Origin: a virus
Virus record (IMG/VR): IMGVR_UViG_3300033148_006102
Coordinates: 64,001-128,000 of that record
Strand: one strand, 5' to 3'
DNA: 64,000 nt
In this document: positions 8,209 to 17,037 of the stretch, in pieces
How positions within the stretch are numbered: position 1 is the first letter of the stretch
How the letters are laid out: the number at the start of each line of letters is the position of its first letter
The notes under the pieces: model-generated
Databases searched by the model: none
Told to the model about the DNA's origin: nothing
The model's input: the letters and a program-made list of their open reading frames with translations, nothing else
Position numbers and translations under genes: made by a program

Positions 8209-8283
8209 GGCCTCGTCGTCTAATGAACAGGACACTACCCTCCGAAGGTAGAGATCCAGGTTTGAGTCCTGGCGGGGCTACCA
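8209..8283 (+). tRNA. tRNA-Arg(CCG)
   Basis: GGCCTCG/CGGGGCT-A-CCA; loop CT-CCG-AA. Confidence 0.9.
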
Positions 8284-8297
8284 ATTGAAAGGAACAG

Positions 8298-8783
8298 ATG
8301 AAGATTTTGCCCAAGCCATATGATTGGGATATATGCATGCTTGAGATGGCGGCCACACTCGCCAAGATGAGCAAAGATACGTCGACACAGGTTGGCGCAC
8401 TGCTTGTCAGCCCTGATAAGCGGCGCATGTCAGGAGGCTACAACGGCTTTCCGACGAACATTCCCGATTATGAGGACTGGTGGAATCGACGCGAAGACAC
8501 AGAAGGTGAATTTACCAAGTACGAGCTGGTGGTCCATGCTGAGGAAAACGCCATCTGCCAAGCGCGTACGGATCTCACGGGCTGGACGCTGTACTGCACG
8601 CATCAACCATGTCTTCGGTGTTCAAGGTTGATAGCTTCGCAAGGTATTCGACGTGTTGTATGGGATGCGGGTCATGAGGTGACGCGCATGGATCTACAAA
8701 CAGAGAAGGCGCTGAAGCTTTTCGAAGAAGCGGGAATCGAAGTACACACGATTCATTACCGGGATACATATAAGGGGGCGTAG
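8298..8783 (+). CDS. dCMP deaminase family protein
   Basis: SKDTSTQVGA, GYNGFP, VHAEENAI, PCLRC motifs. Confidence 0.92.
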   Translation: MKILPKPYDWDICMLEMAATLAKMSKDTSTQVGALLVSPDKRRMSGGYNGFPTNIPDYEDWWNRREDTEGEFTKYELVVHAEENAICQARTDLTGWTLYCTHQPCLRCSRLIASQGIRRVVWDAGHEVTRMDLQTEKALKLFEEAGIEVHTIHYRDTYKGA

Positions 8784-8851
8784 CTCAACGGAATTAGAGC
8801 GCTGGTCTACGGAACCAGAGGTTGAAGGTTCGAATCCTTCCGTCCCTACCA
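8774..8851 (+). tRNA. tRNA-Arg(ACG)
   Basis: GGGGGCG/CGTCCCT-A-CCA; loop CT-ACG-GA. Confidence 0.92.
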
Positions 8852-8984
8852 TCTTGAAAGGAAACTGTGGAGAAGCAGGAAGTTGTAATCAAAGTAGTTG
8901 AAAAGGGTGGCAGCGGAATAAGTATCCTGTCGCTGCTTGGCATCGCCGGCGTACTGCCAAGCAGTATGGTTGGTATCAGTAATT

Positions 8985-9058
8985 GGCCACGTCGTCTAAT
9001 GGAAGGATACCAGGCTTTCAACCTGGAGACCGGGGATCGATACCCCGCGTGGCTACCA
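8985..9058 (+). tRNA. tRNA-Glu(TTC)
   Basis: GGCCACG/CGTGGCT-A-CCA; loop CT-TTC-AA; embedded in frame in ORF 8867-9262. Confidence 0.9.
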
Positions 9059-9076
9059 ATTTCACAAGGAGAAGGA

Positions 9077-9262
9077 ATGGCAGAAGAATATGTGACATCG
9101 TTGGTGGACAAACCATCGATTGATATTACTGCACCAAAGGCAGTACAGATCGATATTCGTGAGGATGGGAAGGTGCTCTGGATCAACGTGGACGGGATCT
9201 GTCGTTTACGTTGTTGTCAGATTGAGCTCCTTGAAGTTGAAGACAGGCGAACGAAGAAATGA
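9077..9262 (+). CDS. Small hypothetical protein (in frame with an upstream GTG at 8867)
   Basis: AAGGAGAAGGA SD before ATG 9077. Confidence 0.6.
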   Translation: MAEEYVTSLVDKPSIDITAPKAVQIDIREDGKVLWINVDGICRLRCCQIELLEVEDRRTKK

Positions 9263-9567
9263 AGATGTATATTTTGGTCAAGGAGGATGTGCGCTTAGGC
9301 CTTGCCGCCGTAAGTATCGCGCACGCTGCCATGGCCGCCTATTTGGCATACAAAGACACGCCAGAAGTAAAAGAATGGCTCGCCGGTCCTTTCTACAAAG
9401 TTGTGTGTAAAGTGACTGCGCAAGAGATGGAGCAGGCTAAGGACGCCGGGGACTATGTCAGGATCACAGATTCAAACTATGCGGATGGGACTGTGATAAT
9501 TGCACTGGCATTCAAGCCGCGGGAAGAATACCCGAAGGCGTTCAAATACTTCAAGCTTTTCAAATAG
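9259..9567 (+). CDS. Peptidyl-tRNA hydrolase 2 (PTH2)-like protein
   Basis: MYILVKEDV...AVSIAHAA...FYKVVCKV...ALAFKPR pattern of PTH2-fold proteins. Confidence 0.75.
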   Translation: MKMYILVKEDVRLGLAAVSIAHAAMAAYLAYKDTPEVKEWLAGPFYKVVCKVTAQEMEQAKDAGDYVRITDSNYADGTVIIALAFKPREEYPKAFKYFKLFK

Positions 9568-9642
9568 GTCGCGTGGCGCAACAGGGAGCGCATCAGCATG
9601 ACACGCTGAAGGTTAGAGGTTCGATTCCTCTCGTGGCCACCA
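9567..9642 (+). tRNA. tRNA-Val(GAC)
   Basis: GGTCGCG/CGTGGCC-A-CCA; loop AT-GAC-AC. Confidence 0.88.
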
Positions 9643-9656
9643 AATTTGAGGAAAAC

Positions 9657-9905
9657 ATGCTAGAACCACAGAAGACAAAACACATCAAAGAATACCCAGT
9701 CACCATAGAAACCATATTTCCTTTGGATACGTTTGACGTGCGATGGACAGAAGGTCCGGCGACGCAGCGCGTAAAGATTCGACAGGTAGAAACAGGAATC
9801 TATTTGATGTGCGACAACGATGTGCGCCCGCTCGAGGTCACAATTCCTTGGGAACGATTCTTCAATAAAATTGAAGAGCTCGTATTATCGAGCAAGCCGA
9901 TATAA
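9657..9905 (+). CDS. Hypothetical protein
   Basis: GAGGA SD and ATG 9657; ORF-track start 9573 lies inside the tRNA. Confidence 0.6.
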   Translation: MLEPQKTKHIKEYPVTIETIFPLDTFDVRWTEGPATQRVKIRQVETGIYLMCDNDVRPLEVTIPWERFFNKIEELVLSSKPI

Positions 9906-9981
9906 GCCCGCATAGCTCAACTGGGAGAGCGCCTGACTTACATTCAGGAGGTTGGGAGTTCGAAACTCTCTGTGGGCACCA
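9906..9981 (+). tRNA. tRNA-Val(TAC)
   Basis: GCCCGCA/TGTGGGC-A-CCA; loop CT-TAC-AT. Confidence 0.9.
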
Positions 9982-9982
9982 T

Positions 9983-10060
9983 GGCCGCATCGTCTAGTCT
10001 GGCTCAGGATACTGCCCTCTCAAGGCAGAGACGAGGGTTCAAATCCCTCTGCGGCTACCA
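9983..10060 (+). tRNA. tRNA-Glu(CTC)
   Basis: GGCCGCA/TGCGGCT-A-CCA; loop CT-CTC-AA. Confidence 0.9.
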
Positions 10061-10078
10061 CAATTTTGAGAAAGGAAA

Positions 10079-10154
10079 AGCCCCGTAGCTTAATTGGAAA
10101 AGCGTCCGCCTCCTAAGTGGTCAGATCTCGGTTCGACTCCGGGCGGGGCCGCCA
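10079..10154 (+). tRNA. tRNA-Arg(CCT)
   Basis: Loop CT-CCT-AA, T-loop TTCGACT, GCCA end; 1:72 mismatch. Confidence 0.82.
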
Positions 10155-10159
10155 ATAAC

Positions 10160-10435
10160 ATGACACACAAATTCATCAAAGAAAAAATAGAACCAAAACT
10201 TGCGGAGCTTGAAGCGAAGTTTCCGCGACGTTCAAAAGTGAGAGTGCGGAGCGCGCCTTGGGAATACCCGCATTGGCAGCGCATAGGGCACGTAGTTGAC
10301 TATGACGTGCGACACAGCGCAAATGATAGTTTGCGTGGTGTGATCAAGATTGTCGCACAGGATGTAGATCCTTGGTATGCATGGGAAGAGGATGTTGAGA
10401 TTCTTTGGGATGCGCCATCTGGGACTTTACCATAA
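10160..10435 (+). CDS. Hypothetical protein
   Basis: ATG just after the tRNA-Arg CCA within ORF-track 10094-10435. Confidence 0.55.
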   Translation: MTHKFIKEKIEPKLAELEAKFPRRSKVRVRSAPWEYPHWQRIGHVVDYDVRHSANDSLRGVIKIVAQDVDPWYAWEEDVEILWDAPSGTLP

Positions 10436-10444
10436 TCACAGAAT

Positions 10445-10520
10445 GCCGCTGTCGTTCAACGGAATAGGACATCCGCCTTCTAAGCGGAGAATCGGGGTTC
10501 GAATCCCTGCAGCGGTACCA
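10445..10520 (+). tRNA. tRNA-Arg(TCT)
   Basis: GCCGCTG/CAGCGGT-A-CCA; loop CT-TCT-AA. Confidence 0.92.
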
Positions 10521-10521
10521 G

Positions 10522-10593
10522 GGCACACCCGCATGGTGCGGACTTGCCTCTCATAAGGGCAAAGATTGAGTTCGATTCTCAGGTGTGCCACCA
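10522..10593 (+). tRNA. tRNA-Ile2 or Met (CAT), short D-loop type
   Basis: GGCACAC/GTGTGCC-A-CCA; D-arm CCGCA-TGG-TGCGG; loop CT-CAT-AA. Confidence 0.8.
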
Positions 10594-10684
10594 AATTTCT
10601 CTTGCAACGGTGAATCGGCATAATAGGATTCACGCAGGACTTTATTTTGCCGGAACAGTCCGCCGGCTTACAAAGGAGATCGCA

Positions 10685-12082
10685 ATGATGCATCACAGTA
10701 ACTGTGTGGTCACGCTCTGTGACCAGGACAACCGCCCATTCAGAGAATACAGCCACCACCGCGAAGGCGACGCCTCTCGCGCTAAGGTTAGTATTTCGTA
10801 CGGAACTGAGTACAAGTTCATGTTCCGTATCAGGGACCATCTTCGCCGGCGCGTCGAGTTCACGATCGACGGGTCGCAGGTAGGCGAGCTCATCTTCGAG
10901 GGTAACTCGCAGACCTATCTCGAGCGCTTCATCGACAGCGCACGCAAGTTCAAGGTCGTACATCCGGAGAGTAGCGAGTGCCAGGATCCGGGTAATCCGA
11001 AGAACGGCCAAGTCGAATTGACGGTATGGACAGAGAAGGCGCCGCCTCCGCCACCACCAAGGCCTGCGCGGCGTGCATTCCGCAGCCGTGGTATCACGGG
11101 ACAGACCATAGGTTGTTCTGGTATGAACAGCCCCGTCTTTGGTTCTTCTGCAGGCTCACTGGGATCCGCAGGTCCTGAATATGAGATGTTGACCAACGGC
11201 GCGGCCGCAACAGGCGAGGGCGGTTACTCGAATCAGGAATTTGGGTCGACTACCTGGCGCGGCGACGCAGGTGAGCCGATTACCTTCCAGTTCAAGATTA
11301 TGGGGAAGGAAGATGAGCATGCGCCGAACAGTAAGTTCTTCTACTGTGCGAAGTGCGGTGATCAGGTTCCTGTAGGCTCTAATTATTGCGGCAGGTGTGG
11401 TGCGCATATAGCAAGCATGAATCCTGACGGGTGCACGATTCATCTCGGCATCGTGCTTGATGAGTCGTCATCTATGGAAGGCGACTGGGATATGACGATC
11501 GACGCGATCAACGAGTATCTCGATACGCTGCAGGGTGACGACCACCGATACAGGGTCTCGATCACAGCCTTCAATACGGTGAGTCGTCCGGTCTTTCATG
11601 CGACGGATCTGACGAAGGATGTCCGGATAAGTCGGCACAACTACCGGCCTAACGGTATGACGGCGTTGTACGACGCGATCGCGGATGGTATCGGTAGCCT
11701 CGAAGACAGCGTATGGGATTATGACGGCAAGGCCATGCTGGTGATCATGACAGATGGCCAAGAGAATAGCTCCAGGAACTTCAGCCTTGACCGGATCCGT
11801 AAGTTGATCTCGAGCAAAGAACGCGATGGCAACTGGACGTTTGTCTACATGGGATCGCACAACGATGCTTGGAAGCATGGCAGCGCGCTCGGAATTAGTA
11901 AGGCGAATGTCATGCAGTTTGATCAGGCACAGGCGCAGCCGTTGATGCGCGCGTTTGGTGCAAGTACGCAGGCATATGCCAGCAGCGCGGATGCAAACTC
12001 GCAGGCCATCTTCGCGTCGAATAAAGCGGATTACAAGAATATCGGCGCAACGGCGATAGACGATCATAAGGCGGATTGTTAA
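10685..12082 (+). CDS. Multi-domain protein: N-terminal unknown domain, Zn-ribbon, C-terminal vWA domain
   Basis: AAAGGAG SD; CAKC..CGRC; VLDESSSM (DxSxS MIDAS), TALYDAI, VIMTDGQENSS. Confidence 0.8.
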   Translation: MMHHSNCVVTLCDQDNRPFREYSHHREGDASRAKVSISYGTEYKFMFRIRDHLRRRVEFTIDGSQVGELIFEGNSQTYLERFIDSARKFKVVHPESSECQDPGNPKNGQVELTVWTEKAPPPPPPRPARRAFRSRGITGQTIGCSGMNSPVFGSSAGSLGSAGPEYEMLTNGAAATGEGGYSNQEFGSTTWRGDAGEPITFQFKIMGKEDEHAPNSKFFYCAKCGDQVPVGSNYCGRCGAHIASMNPDGCTIHLGIVLDESSSMEGDWDMTIDAINEYLDTLQGDDHRYRVSITAFNTVSRPVFHATDLTKDVRISRHNYRPNGMTALYDAIADGIGSLEDSVWDYDGKAMLVIMTDGQENSSRNFSLDRIRKLISSKERDGNWTFVYMGSHNDAWKHGSALGISKANVMQFDQAQAQPLMRAFGASTQAYASSADANSQAIFASNKADYKNIGATAIDDHKADC

Positions 12083-12127
12083 CGTTTTCCGGCCCCAAAG
12101 CATAAGTAGTGACGGGCTCTTGACTTT

Positions 12128-12637
12128 GTGATGCACCTGTGTTTTACTCGGCGCATGAAAAAGTTCAAGAGCCCAGCTAAGCACCAAACACCGTTATATC
12201 GAGCACGATGTGCGTATCGTGATATGTCACGTCGTTGCGGCAATCCTAACGGAAAGAATCCAGCATATGTTGATGTTGAACTCCGAATGACGATGGAAGC
12301 ATGGCTGGAGTGGTCGCTGCCGCATTACGAAAAGTTTATAGCTGAAAACCCCGGTGTGTCGCCAAGCGTATCGCGTAACGGCGATGTAGGTCATTATGAA
12401 ATCGGGAACCTGGAAATCGTGTCTTTACAAGAAAATCGTCGACGACAGAAGACGAAGTTGTTGGTGCGACCAAACGGTACGAAGCTTTGTTGTACGTGCA
12501 GGGTGGTGCAGCCAAAAGAAAATTTTTGTAAGAACAGAACACGCGCAGATGGCTTGAATCACGAGTGTCGTAGCTGTCGCGCCATTCGTGTGCGTGAATG
12601 GCGCGCAAAGAAAAAGAAGGCTCCTACTCCTAGATAG
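12128..12637 (+). CDS. HNH-type homing endonuclease
   Basis: MSRRCGNP...SVSRNGDVGHYEIGNLEIV plus C-terminal CCTC..CRSC; stop lies in the tRNA-Lys D-loop. Confidence 0.7.
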   Translation: MMHLCFTRRMKKFKSPAKHQTPLYRARCAYRDMSRRCGNPNGKNPAYVDVELRMTMEAWLEWSLPHYEKFIAENPGVSPSVSRNGDVGHYEIGNLEIVSLQENRRRQKTKLLVRPNGTKLCCTCRVVQPKENFCKNRTRADGLNHECRSCRAIRVREWRAKKKKAPTPR

Positions 12638-12693
12638 CGAGGAACCTGTCTCTTAAACAGGGAAGCGGCGTGCAAGTCGTCGAGGAGCCACCA
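12619..12693 (+). tRNA. tRNA-Lys(CTT)
   Basis: GGCTCCT/AGGAGCC-A-CCA; loop CT-CTT-AA; T-loop TGCAAGT. Confidence 0.85.
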
Positions 12694-12701
12694 ACATATA
12701 A

Positions 12702-12776
12702 GGGCTCATAGTTCAATTCGTAGAACAGCTGACTCATAATCAGCCGATCTCGGTGCAAATCCGGGTGAGCCCACCA
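12702..12776 (+). tRNA. tRNA-Met(CAT), elongator-like
   Basis: GGGCTCA/TGAGCCC-A-CCA; loop CT-CAT-AA. Confidence 0.88.
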
Positions 12777-12798
12777 TCGCTTTCCTTGAAAGGATGGG

Positions 12799-13263
12799 AT
12801 GTCATATACATACGAAACTCTTGTTGAAGTTCAATGTTATAAGTGTGGGATTCGCTTTGGACTGATCCAGAGCTATTACGATCTGCGGAAGCGTGATAAG
12901 AAAGAGTGGTATTGTCCGAACGGCCATACACAGTATTTCATAGGTGAAACTGCTGAACAACGGTTACGCCGTGAATTGCGCGCGGAGGAAGCAAAACACA
13001 GGAAAACCAAGCAAACACTGAAGACACAGCAGACAAGGACTGCAAATTATAGGGAAGACAACGACGCTAAGGATCGCCAGATGATTTCCTTGCGTGGCAC
13101 GATAACCATGTTGCGCCGATACATGAAGGATGGTAAATGTCCGTGTTGTCACAAGACAGTTGATGATTTACCGGGGCATCTAAAAGAAAAGCATCCCCAT
13201 TTCATGGCGCCGGTGCAACCCAAGAAAGAGAAGGAATGCCAAAACCAGAACAAGAACGAGTGA
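12799..13263 (+). CDS. Cys/His-rich coiled-coil hypothetical protein
   Basis: GAAAGGA SD; CYKC, CPNGH, CPCC...HLKEKH. Confidence 0.7.
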   Translation: MSYTYETLVEVQCYKCGIRFGLIQSYYDLRKRDKKEWYCPNGHTQYFIGETAEQRLRRELRAEEAKHRKTKQTLKTQQTRTANYREDNDAKDRQMISLRGTITMLRRYMKDGKCPCCHKTVDDLPGHLKEKHPHFMAPVQPKKEKECQNQNKNE

Positions 13264-13508
13264 ACCTCAAACTGGAGCTGACAGGCCTGCGGGAGTGCGA
13301 TGCGGTCAGTATTGTCAAGCTGATGTGCATGATGAACTACTTCGGCTCGGCCGGTTGCTCGCGAACCATCAAGCTGTTCGTGGACGGCGACGGCGCATTT
13401 AATTTCGGTCGCGTGCTGGTCGACGGCGAGGAAGTATCACGCAAGGAGCGGCTGAAGCTGATTGGGGAATATGACAAGGAAGATGGGCTGGACTTCGCGT
13501 TCGATTAG
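13236..13508 (+). CDS. Hypothetical protein
   Basis: AAGGA SD; last base of the stop is +1 of tRNA-Lys(TTT). Confidence 0.65.
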   Translation: MPKPEQERVNLKLELTGLRECDAVSIVKLMCMMNYFGSAGCSRTIKLFVDGDGAFNFGRVLVDGEEVSRKERLKLIGEYDKEDGLDFAFD

Positions 13509-13584
13509 GGAGCGTGGCGCAATGGTATAGCGCATCGGTCTTTTAAACCGAGGGTTGTGGGTTCGAGTCCCACCGCTCCCACCA
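13508..13584 (+). tRNA. tRNA-Lys(TTT)
   Basis: GGGAGCG/CGCTCCC-A-CCA; loop CT-TTT-AA. Confidence 0.93.
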
Positions 13585-13585
13585 T

Positions 13586-13660
13586 TGGCGCGTAGTGTAA
13601 TTGGGAACACGGCAGACTCTGGATCTGCAGTAGAGGGTTCGATTCCTTCCGCGCCAACCA
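13586..13660 (+). tRNA. tRNA-Gln(CTG)
   Basis: TGGCGCG/CGCGCCA-A-CCA; loop CT-CTG-GA. Confidence 0.92.
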
Positions 13661-13695
13661 AATTTATGGCCGTTCAGATGGACGGAGAAAGGAAG

Positions 13696-14289
13696 ATGAT
13701 GAAGCGGAACGTACTATTGTTAAACAAGAATTGGCAGCCGATCGCGTCGGCGCCGTGGAGAACTGCGGTAAAGATTGTGATTCGCGGCCATGGGTACGTC
13801 GTGGATCATCGAACTTTTGAACGCTTGGATTGGGTAGCTTGGGTCGCTACGCATTCGGCCGGTATCGATGCGGATGTAGACCGGAGGAGATACATCCAAA
13901 CTGGTGTACGGTTAATCGAATGTCCGAAAGTAGTGACCCTTGCCCGATTCGGCGGTTTACCCAAGCGTCGCCTGGCGTTCAGCCGTAACGGCATTTATGC
14001 CAGAGACAGCCATCGTGGTAAGCCGCAGTGTCAGTACTGCGGATCTTACCCAACTGGTAGAAGCCTGACGTTGGATCACGTTATCCCGCGGGCGCAGGGC
14101 GGAAAGACGCAGTGGGAGAATTGTGTTGTGGCCTGCGAAAAATGCAATATGCTCAAAGCAGATCGCACACCAGAACAAGCAGGCATGCGCCTGTTGAGTA
14201 AGCCTAAACGGCCAGAAGTTTTCCAAGCGTTGCTTGGCGAACTCGAACCGGAATGGGAAGTGTTTGTGAAGCAAGGAAATACAGCATGA
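13696..14289 (+). CDS. HNH endonuclease (McrA/HNH_5-like)
   Basis: VLLLNKNWQPI...CQYCG...LTLDHVIPRAQGG...NCVVACEKCNMLKADRTPEQAGM. Confidence 0.9.
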   Translation: MMKRNVLLLNKNWQPIASAPWRTAVKIVIRGHGYVVDHRTFERLDWVAWVATHSAGIDADVDRRRYIQTGVRLIECPKVVTLARFGGLPKRRLAFSRNGIYARDSHRGKPQCQYCGSYPTGRSLTLDHVIPRAQGGKTQWENCVVACEKCNMLKADRTPEQAGMRLLSKPKRPEVFQALLGELEPEWEVFVKQGNTA

Positions 14290-14471
14290 ATGGGACTGAG
14301 CTGAGAGAATACATACGGAAGCAGGTCCGCAGGTTCCATTACATGAGCCTGTGGGATCTTGTCAGTGAACGAAGTAGCCTACCCAGAAATGGAATGCTAC
14401 ATCGAATCCTGGGACACGTGATTGATTACCGACTCTTGGAGTCGGCGCGACAAAGAGCAGGTACAACGTAG
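14286..14471 (+). CDS. Small hypothetical protein
   Basis: ATGA overlap with the HNH stop; TAG overlaps tRNA-Trp +1/+2. Confidence 0.5.
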   Translation: MNGTELREYIRKQVRRFHYMSLWDLVSERSSLPRNGMLHRILGHVIDYRLLESARQRAGTT

Positions 14472-14541
14472 GTCGGGCGCTGGGTCGCAGGACGGTCTCC
14501 AAAATCGTCCTTGGTGGGTTCGATTCCCACCCGGCCTGCCA
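14470..14541 (+). tRNA. tRNA-Trp(CCA), minimal D-arm
   Basis: AGGTCGG/CCGGCCT-G-CCA; 7-bp anticodon stem; loop CT-CCA-AA. Confidence 0.82.
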
Positions 14542-14558
14542 ACAATTTTGGAGGTAAC

Positions 14559-14759
14559 GTGGAATTTGAATATGAATGCAAACTTTGCGGAGCGATCGTC
14601 AAACTAGCGGATCTTGATAAACATCTTGAAGAGGAGCATTGGCTCTCTGCGGATGTTAAAGCTGCGCCCAAGAGTGAGTTCTATAAGCTCCACCTCGAGG
14701 GAGATTGTTATGCGATTGCGGCAGACAGCCTGCCAAAAATAAACGGTTCTGTGGCATAA
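14559..14759 (+). CDS. Small C2H2-like Zn-finger protein
   Basis: GGAGG SD, GTG start; CKLC...HLEEEH. Confidence 0.6.
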   Translation: MEFEYECKLCGAIVKLADLDKHLEEEHWLSADVKAAPKSEFYKLHLEGDCYAIAADSLPKINGSVA

Positions 14760-14818
14760 GACTGTGTAAGGGCAATCTTATGTGGGATGGCCCGTAATGT
14801 AACGGCTAGCACATGGAA

Positions 14819-14893
14819 TGCGGGATCGTTCAATTGGTAGGACACCTGACTTTGAATCAGGCAATGAGAGTTCAAATCTCTCTCCCGCAGCCA
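14819..14893 (+). tRNA. tRNA-Gln(TTG)
   Basis: TGCGGGA/TCCCGCA-G-CCA; loop CT-TTG-AA. Confidence 0.92.
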
Positions 14894-14907
14894 AAAAAGG
14901 AATAGCG

Positions 14908-15399
14908 ATGAAAAAACACAGTCATGGGAAATACGTGATGTTAGTGTTTTCCGATGGTACACGTGTTCTAGAACATCGCTATGTGATGGCGCGACATATT
15001 GGTCGGAAACTACATAGTGATGAAGTGGTGCATCATCGGAACGGAGACGGAAAAGATAATCGTCTACGCAATTTACGGTTATGGTCTTCGAACAGTGAAC
15101 ATACACAACATCACGCGCGGGAGCGTAGTCGAAGTGTCACATGCATGACCTGTGGTAGGTCCTTTGTGTTGAGCCTGGGCGAGTATACGCGCAGGAAACG
15201 TCGAGTAAAACATGGTTTGTACTGCTCACGCTCGTGTGCAGCGCGTTCACCATATACGCGGCGCGCGGAAAGCAAAATTGGTGATTACATACAGCTGTGT
15301 AAAGATTTACCAGGTATATCGATCAATGAAGCAGCAAGTATTCTGAGGGTTTGTCGTAGGACCATATGTAATTGGCGACGACGCCTGAAGAACAATTAA
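14908..15399 (+). CDS. HNH homing endonuclease (HNH_3-like) with C-terminal HTH
   Basis: EHRYVMARHIGRKL...VVHHRNGDGKDNRLRNL. Confidence 0.88.
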   Translation: MKKHSHGKYVMLVFSDGTRVLEHRYVMARHIGRKLHSDEVVHHRNGDGKDNRLRNLRLWSSNSEHTQHHARERSRSVTCMTCGRSFVLSLGEYTRRKRRVKHGLYCSRSCAARSPYTRRAESKIGDYIQLCKDLPGISINEAASILRVCRRTICNWRRRLKNN

Positions 15400-15435
15400 C
15401 TTTCTTTTGAATCTTTCGTCAAAGGAGAACGAAGA

Positions 15436-17031
15436 ATGGCGAACAAGTCAATTTTCAGCACCCAGCGGGGGCCTGTACATCGACAGTACGGGGAAAGTGT
15501 GAAGACCGTTGATACGGTCAATGAGGCAGGCGGAGAGGCTTACAGCTTCACAGCAAAGTCTGCATTGGCGCAGTTGGCATCGACGGGCTGCTTTGGCAAC
15601 ACGTTCTATGTGAATGCCAAGAGTCAGCTTGACAAGGTTCAGGAATTGTTGCCACAGGTTGACAGCGAGTTTTTGGCCAAGCTGGCCGTATATGCCCGCC
15701 AGAAGGGTTACATGAAGGACATGCCGGCGCTCATGCTCGCGTATCTCTTCGCGCATGCGAAGGATTCTGCGACAGTTGGCGCGTATTTCAAGGCAGCGTT
15801 CCCGGAGGTCATGGACAATGGCCGTATGTTGCGAAACTTTGTCCAGATCATCCGTAGTGGCGTCACCGGGCGTAAGTCGTTCGGTACGGCCGGCAAGCGT
15901 GTGATCCAGGACTGGTTGACTAACCGGTCATACTGGAAGTTGTTCGGCGAAGCAGTTGGCAATGATCCGTCGATGTGTGATGTGCTCAAGATGACGCGGC
16001 CGCATCCAAAGGATGATGAGCAGCGTGCATTGTTTGGTTACATCACTGATGCGAAGGAAGGTTGGGACCGCGAGGCTCTGCCGGACTTCGTGAAGGAATT
16101 TGAGGCCTTCAAGCAGGATCAGACCAAACCTGTACCGAACGTTTCATTCGAACGGTTGTCTGCCCTTCCGCTTGGAAAGGAACACTGGATCGAGATCGCC
16201 AAGAAGGCGACTTGGTTCCAGACGCTCAAATCTCTTAACACGTACAAGCGTCATGGGGCGCTTGAGCATTCTGATGTTGTCGACATTGTCGCTGAGCGTT
16301 TGGCAGATCTTGAGTTGGTCAAGAAGGCCAAGGTATTTCCGTACCAGATCTTTGTGGCTTACAAGGCCGCGAATGACCTGCCACGGAAGATTACTAATGC
16401 GCTGCAGGATGCGCTGGAGCACGCGCTCCGAAACATCCCATTTTATGAGGGCCAGGTTTACATCTTCCCAGATGTTTCCGGCTCAATGTTATGGGGTAAC
16501 TTGACAGGTCATTCGCAGAGTTCAATTCGTTGTATTGACGTGGCGGCATTGATCACCGCGGCGATCATGAAGACGAACTATCTGGCGGAAGTACTTCCGT
16601 TTGATACACGCGTGCATGATGCGAAGTCATTGAATCATCGTGATTCAGTAGTACGCAACGCAGAGATCTTGTCGCGCTTTGGCGGTGGCGGAACGTACTG
16701 CGAGCTTCCGCTGCGTGAACTGAACGACCGTAACGCGAAGGGCGACCTGTTAATCTACGTCTCGGATAACGAGTCGTGGGTCGGCGCCGGCTATCGCAGC
16801 CATACAGGCTTGCTCAATGAGTGGGCGAAGTTCAAGCAGCGTAACCGGCAGGCCAAGATGGTCTGCATTGATCTGCAGGCTAACACCAGCACGCAGGCAA
16901 CGGATACGCCGGACATCTTGAATGTCGGTGGATTCTCTGATCAGGTGTTCAACGTTATCGACGCCTTTTTGAAGGGTGGATCTGATAAGGAACATTGGGT
17001 CAAGGAAATCGAGAAAGTTTATCTAGGATAG
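15436..17031 (+). CDS. rsr: Ro60/TROVE RNA-binding protein (Rsr)
   Basis: NEAGGEAY, LAQLASTGCFGNTFY, YARQKGYMKDMP, MLRNFVQIIRSG, vWA DVSGSM, SDNESW, LNVGGFSDQVF. Confidence 0.95.
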   Translation: MANKSIFSTQRGPVHRQYGESVKTVDTVNEAGGEAYSFTAKSALAQLASTGCFGNTFYVNAKSQLDKVQELLPQVDSEFLAKLAVYARQKGYMKDMPALMLAYLFAHAKDSATVGAYFKAAFPEVMDNGRMLRNFVQIIRSGVTGRKSFGTAGKRVIQDWLTNRSYWKLFGEAVGNDPSMCDVLKMTRPHPKDDEQRALFGYITDAKEGWDREALPDFVKEFEAFKQDQTKPVPNVSFERLSALPLGKEHWIEIAKKATWFQTLKSLNTYKRHGALEHSDVVDIVAERLADLELVKKAKVFPYQIFVAYKAANDLPRKITNALQDALEHALRNIPFYEGQVYIFPDVSGSMLWGNLTGHSQSSIRCIDVAALITAAIMKTNYLAEVLPFDTRVHDAKSLNHRDSVVRNAEILSRFGGGGTYCELPLRELNDRNAKGDLLIYVSDNESWVGAGYRSHTGLLNEWAKFKQRNRQAKMVCIDLQANTSTQATDTPDILNVGGFSDQVFNVIDAFLKGGSDKEHWVKEIEKVYLG

Positions 17032-17037
17032 GAATTT

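Noticed and set aside
10067-10078. Gene start after GAGAAAGGAAAA
   Set aside because: The SD-like sequence is followed directly by tRNA-Arg(CCT); probably a vestige of a lost ORF.
10544-14907. ORF-track starts at 9573, 10094, 10544, 13555, 14511 and 14818
   Set aside because: They lie inside tRNA genes; downstream starts (most with clear SDs) were used instead.
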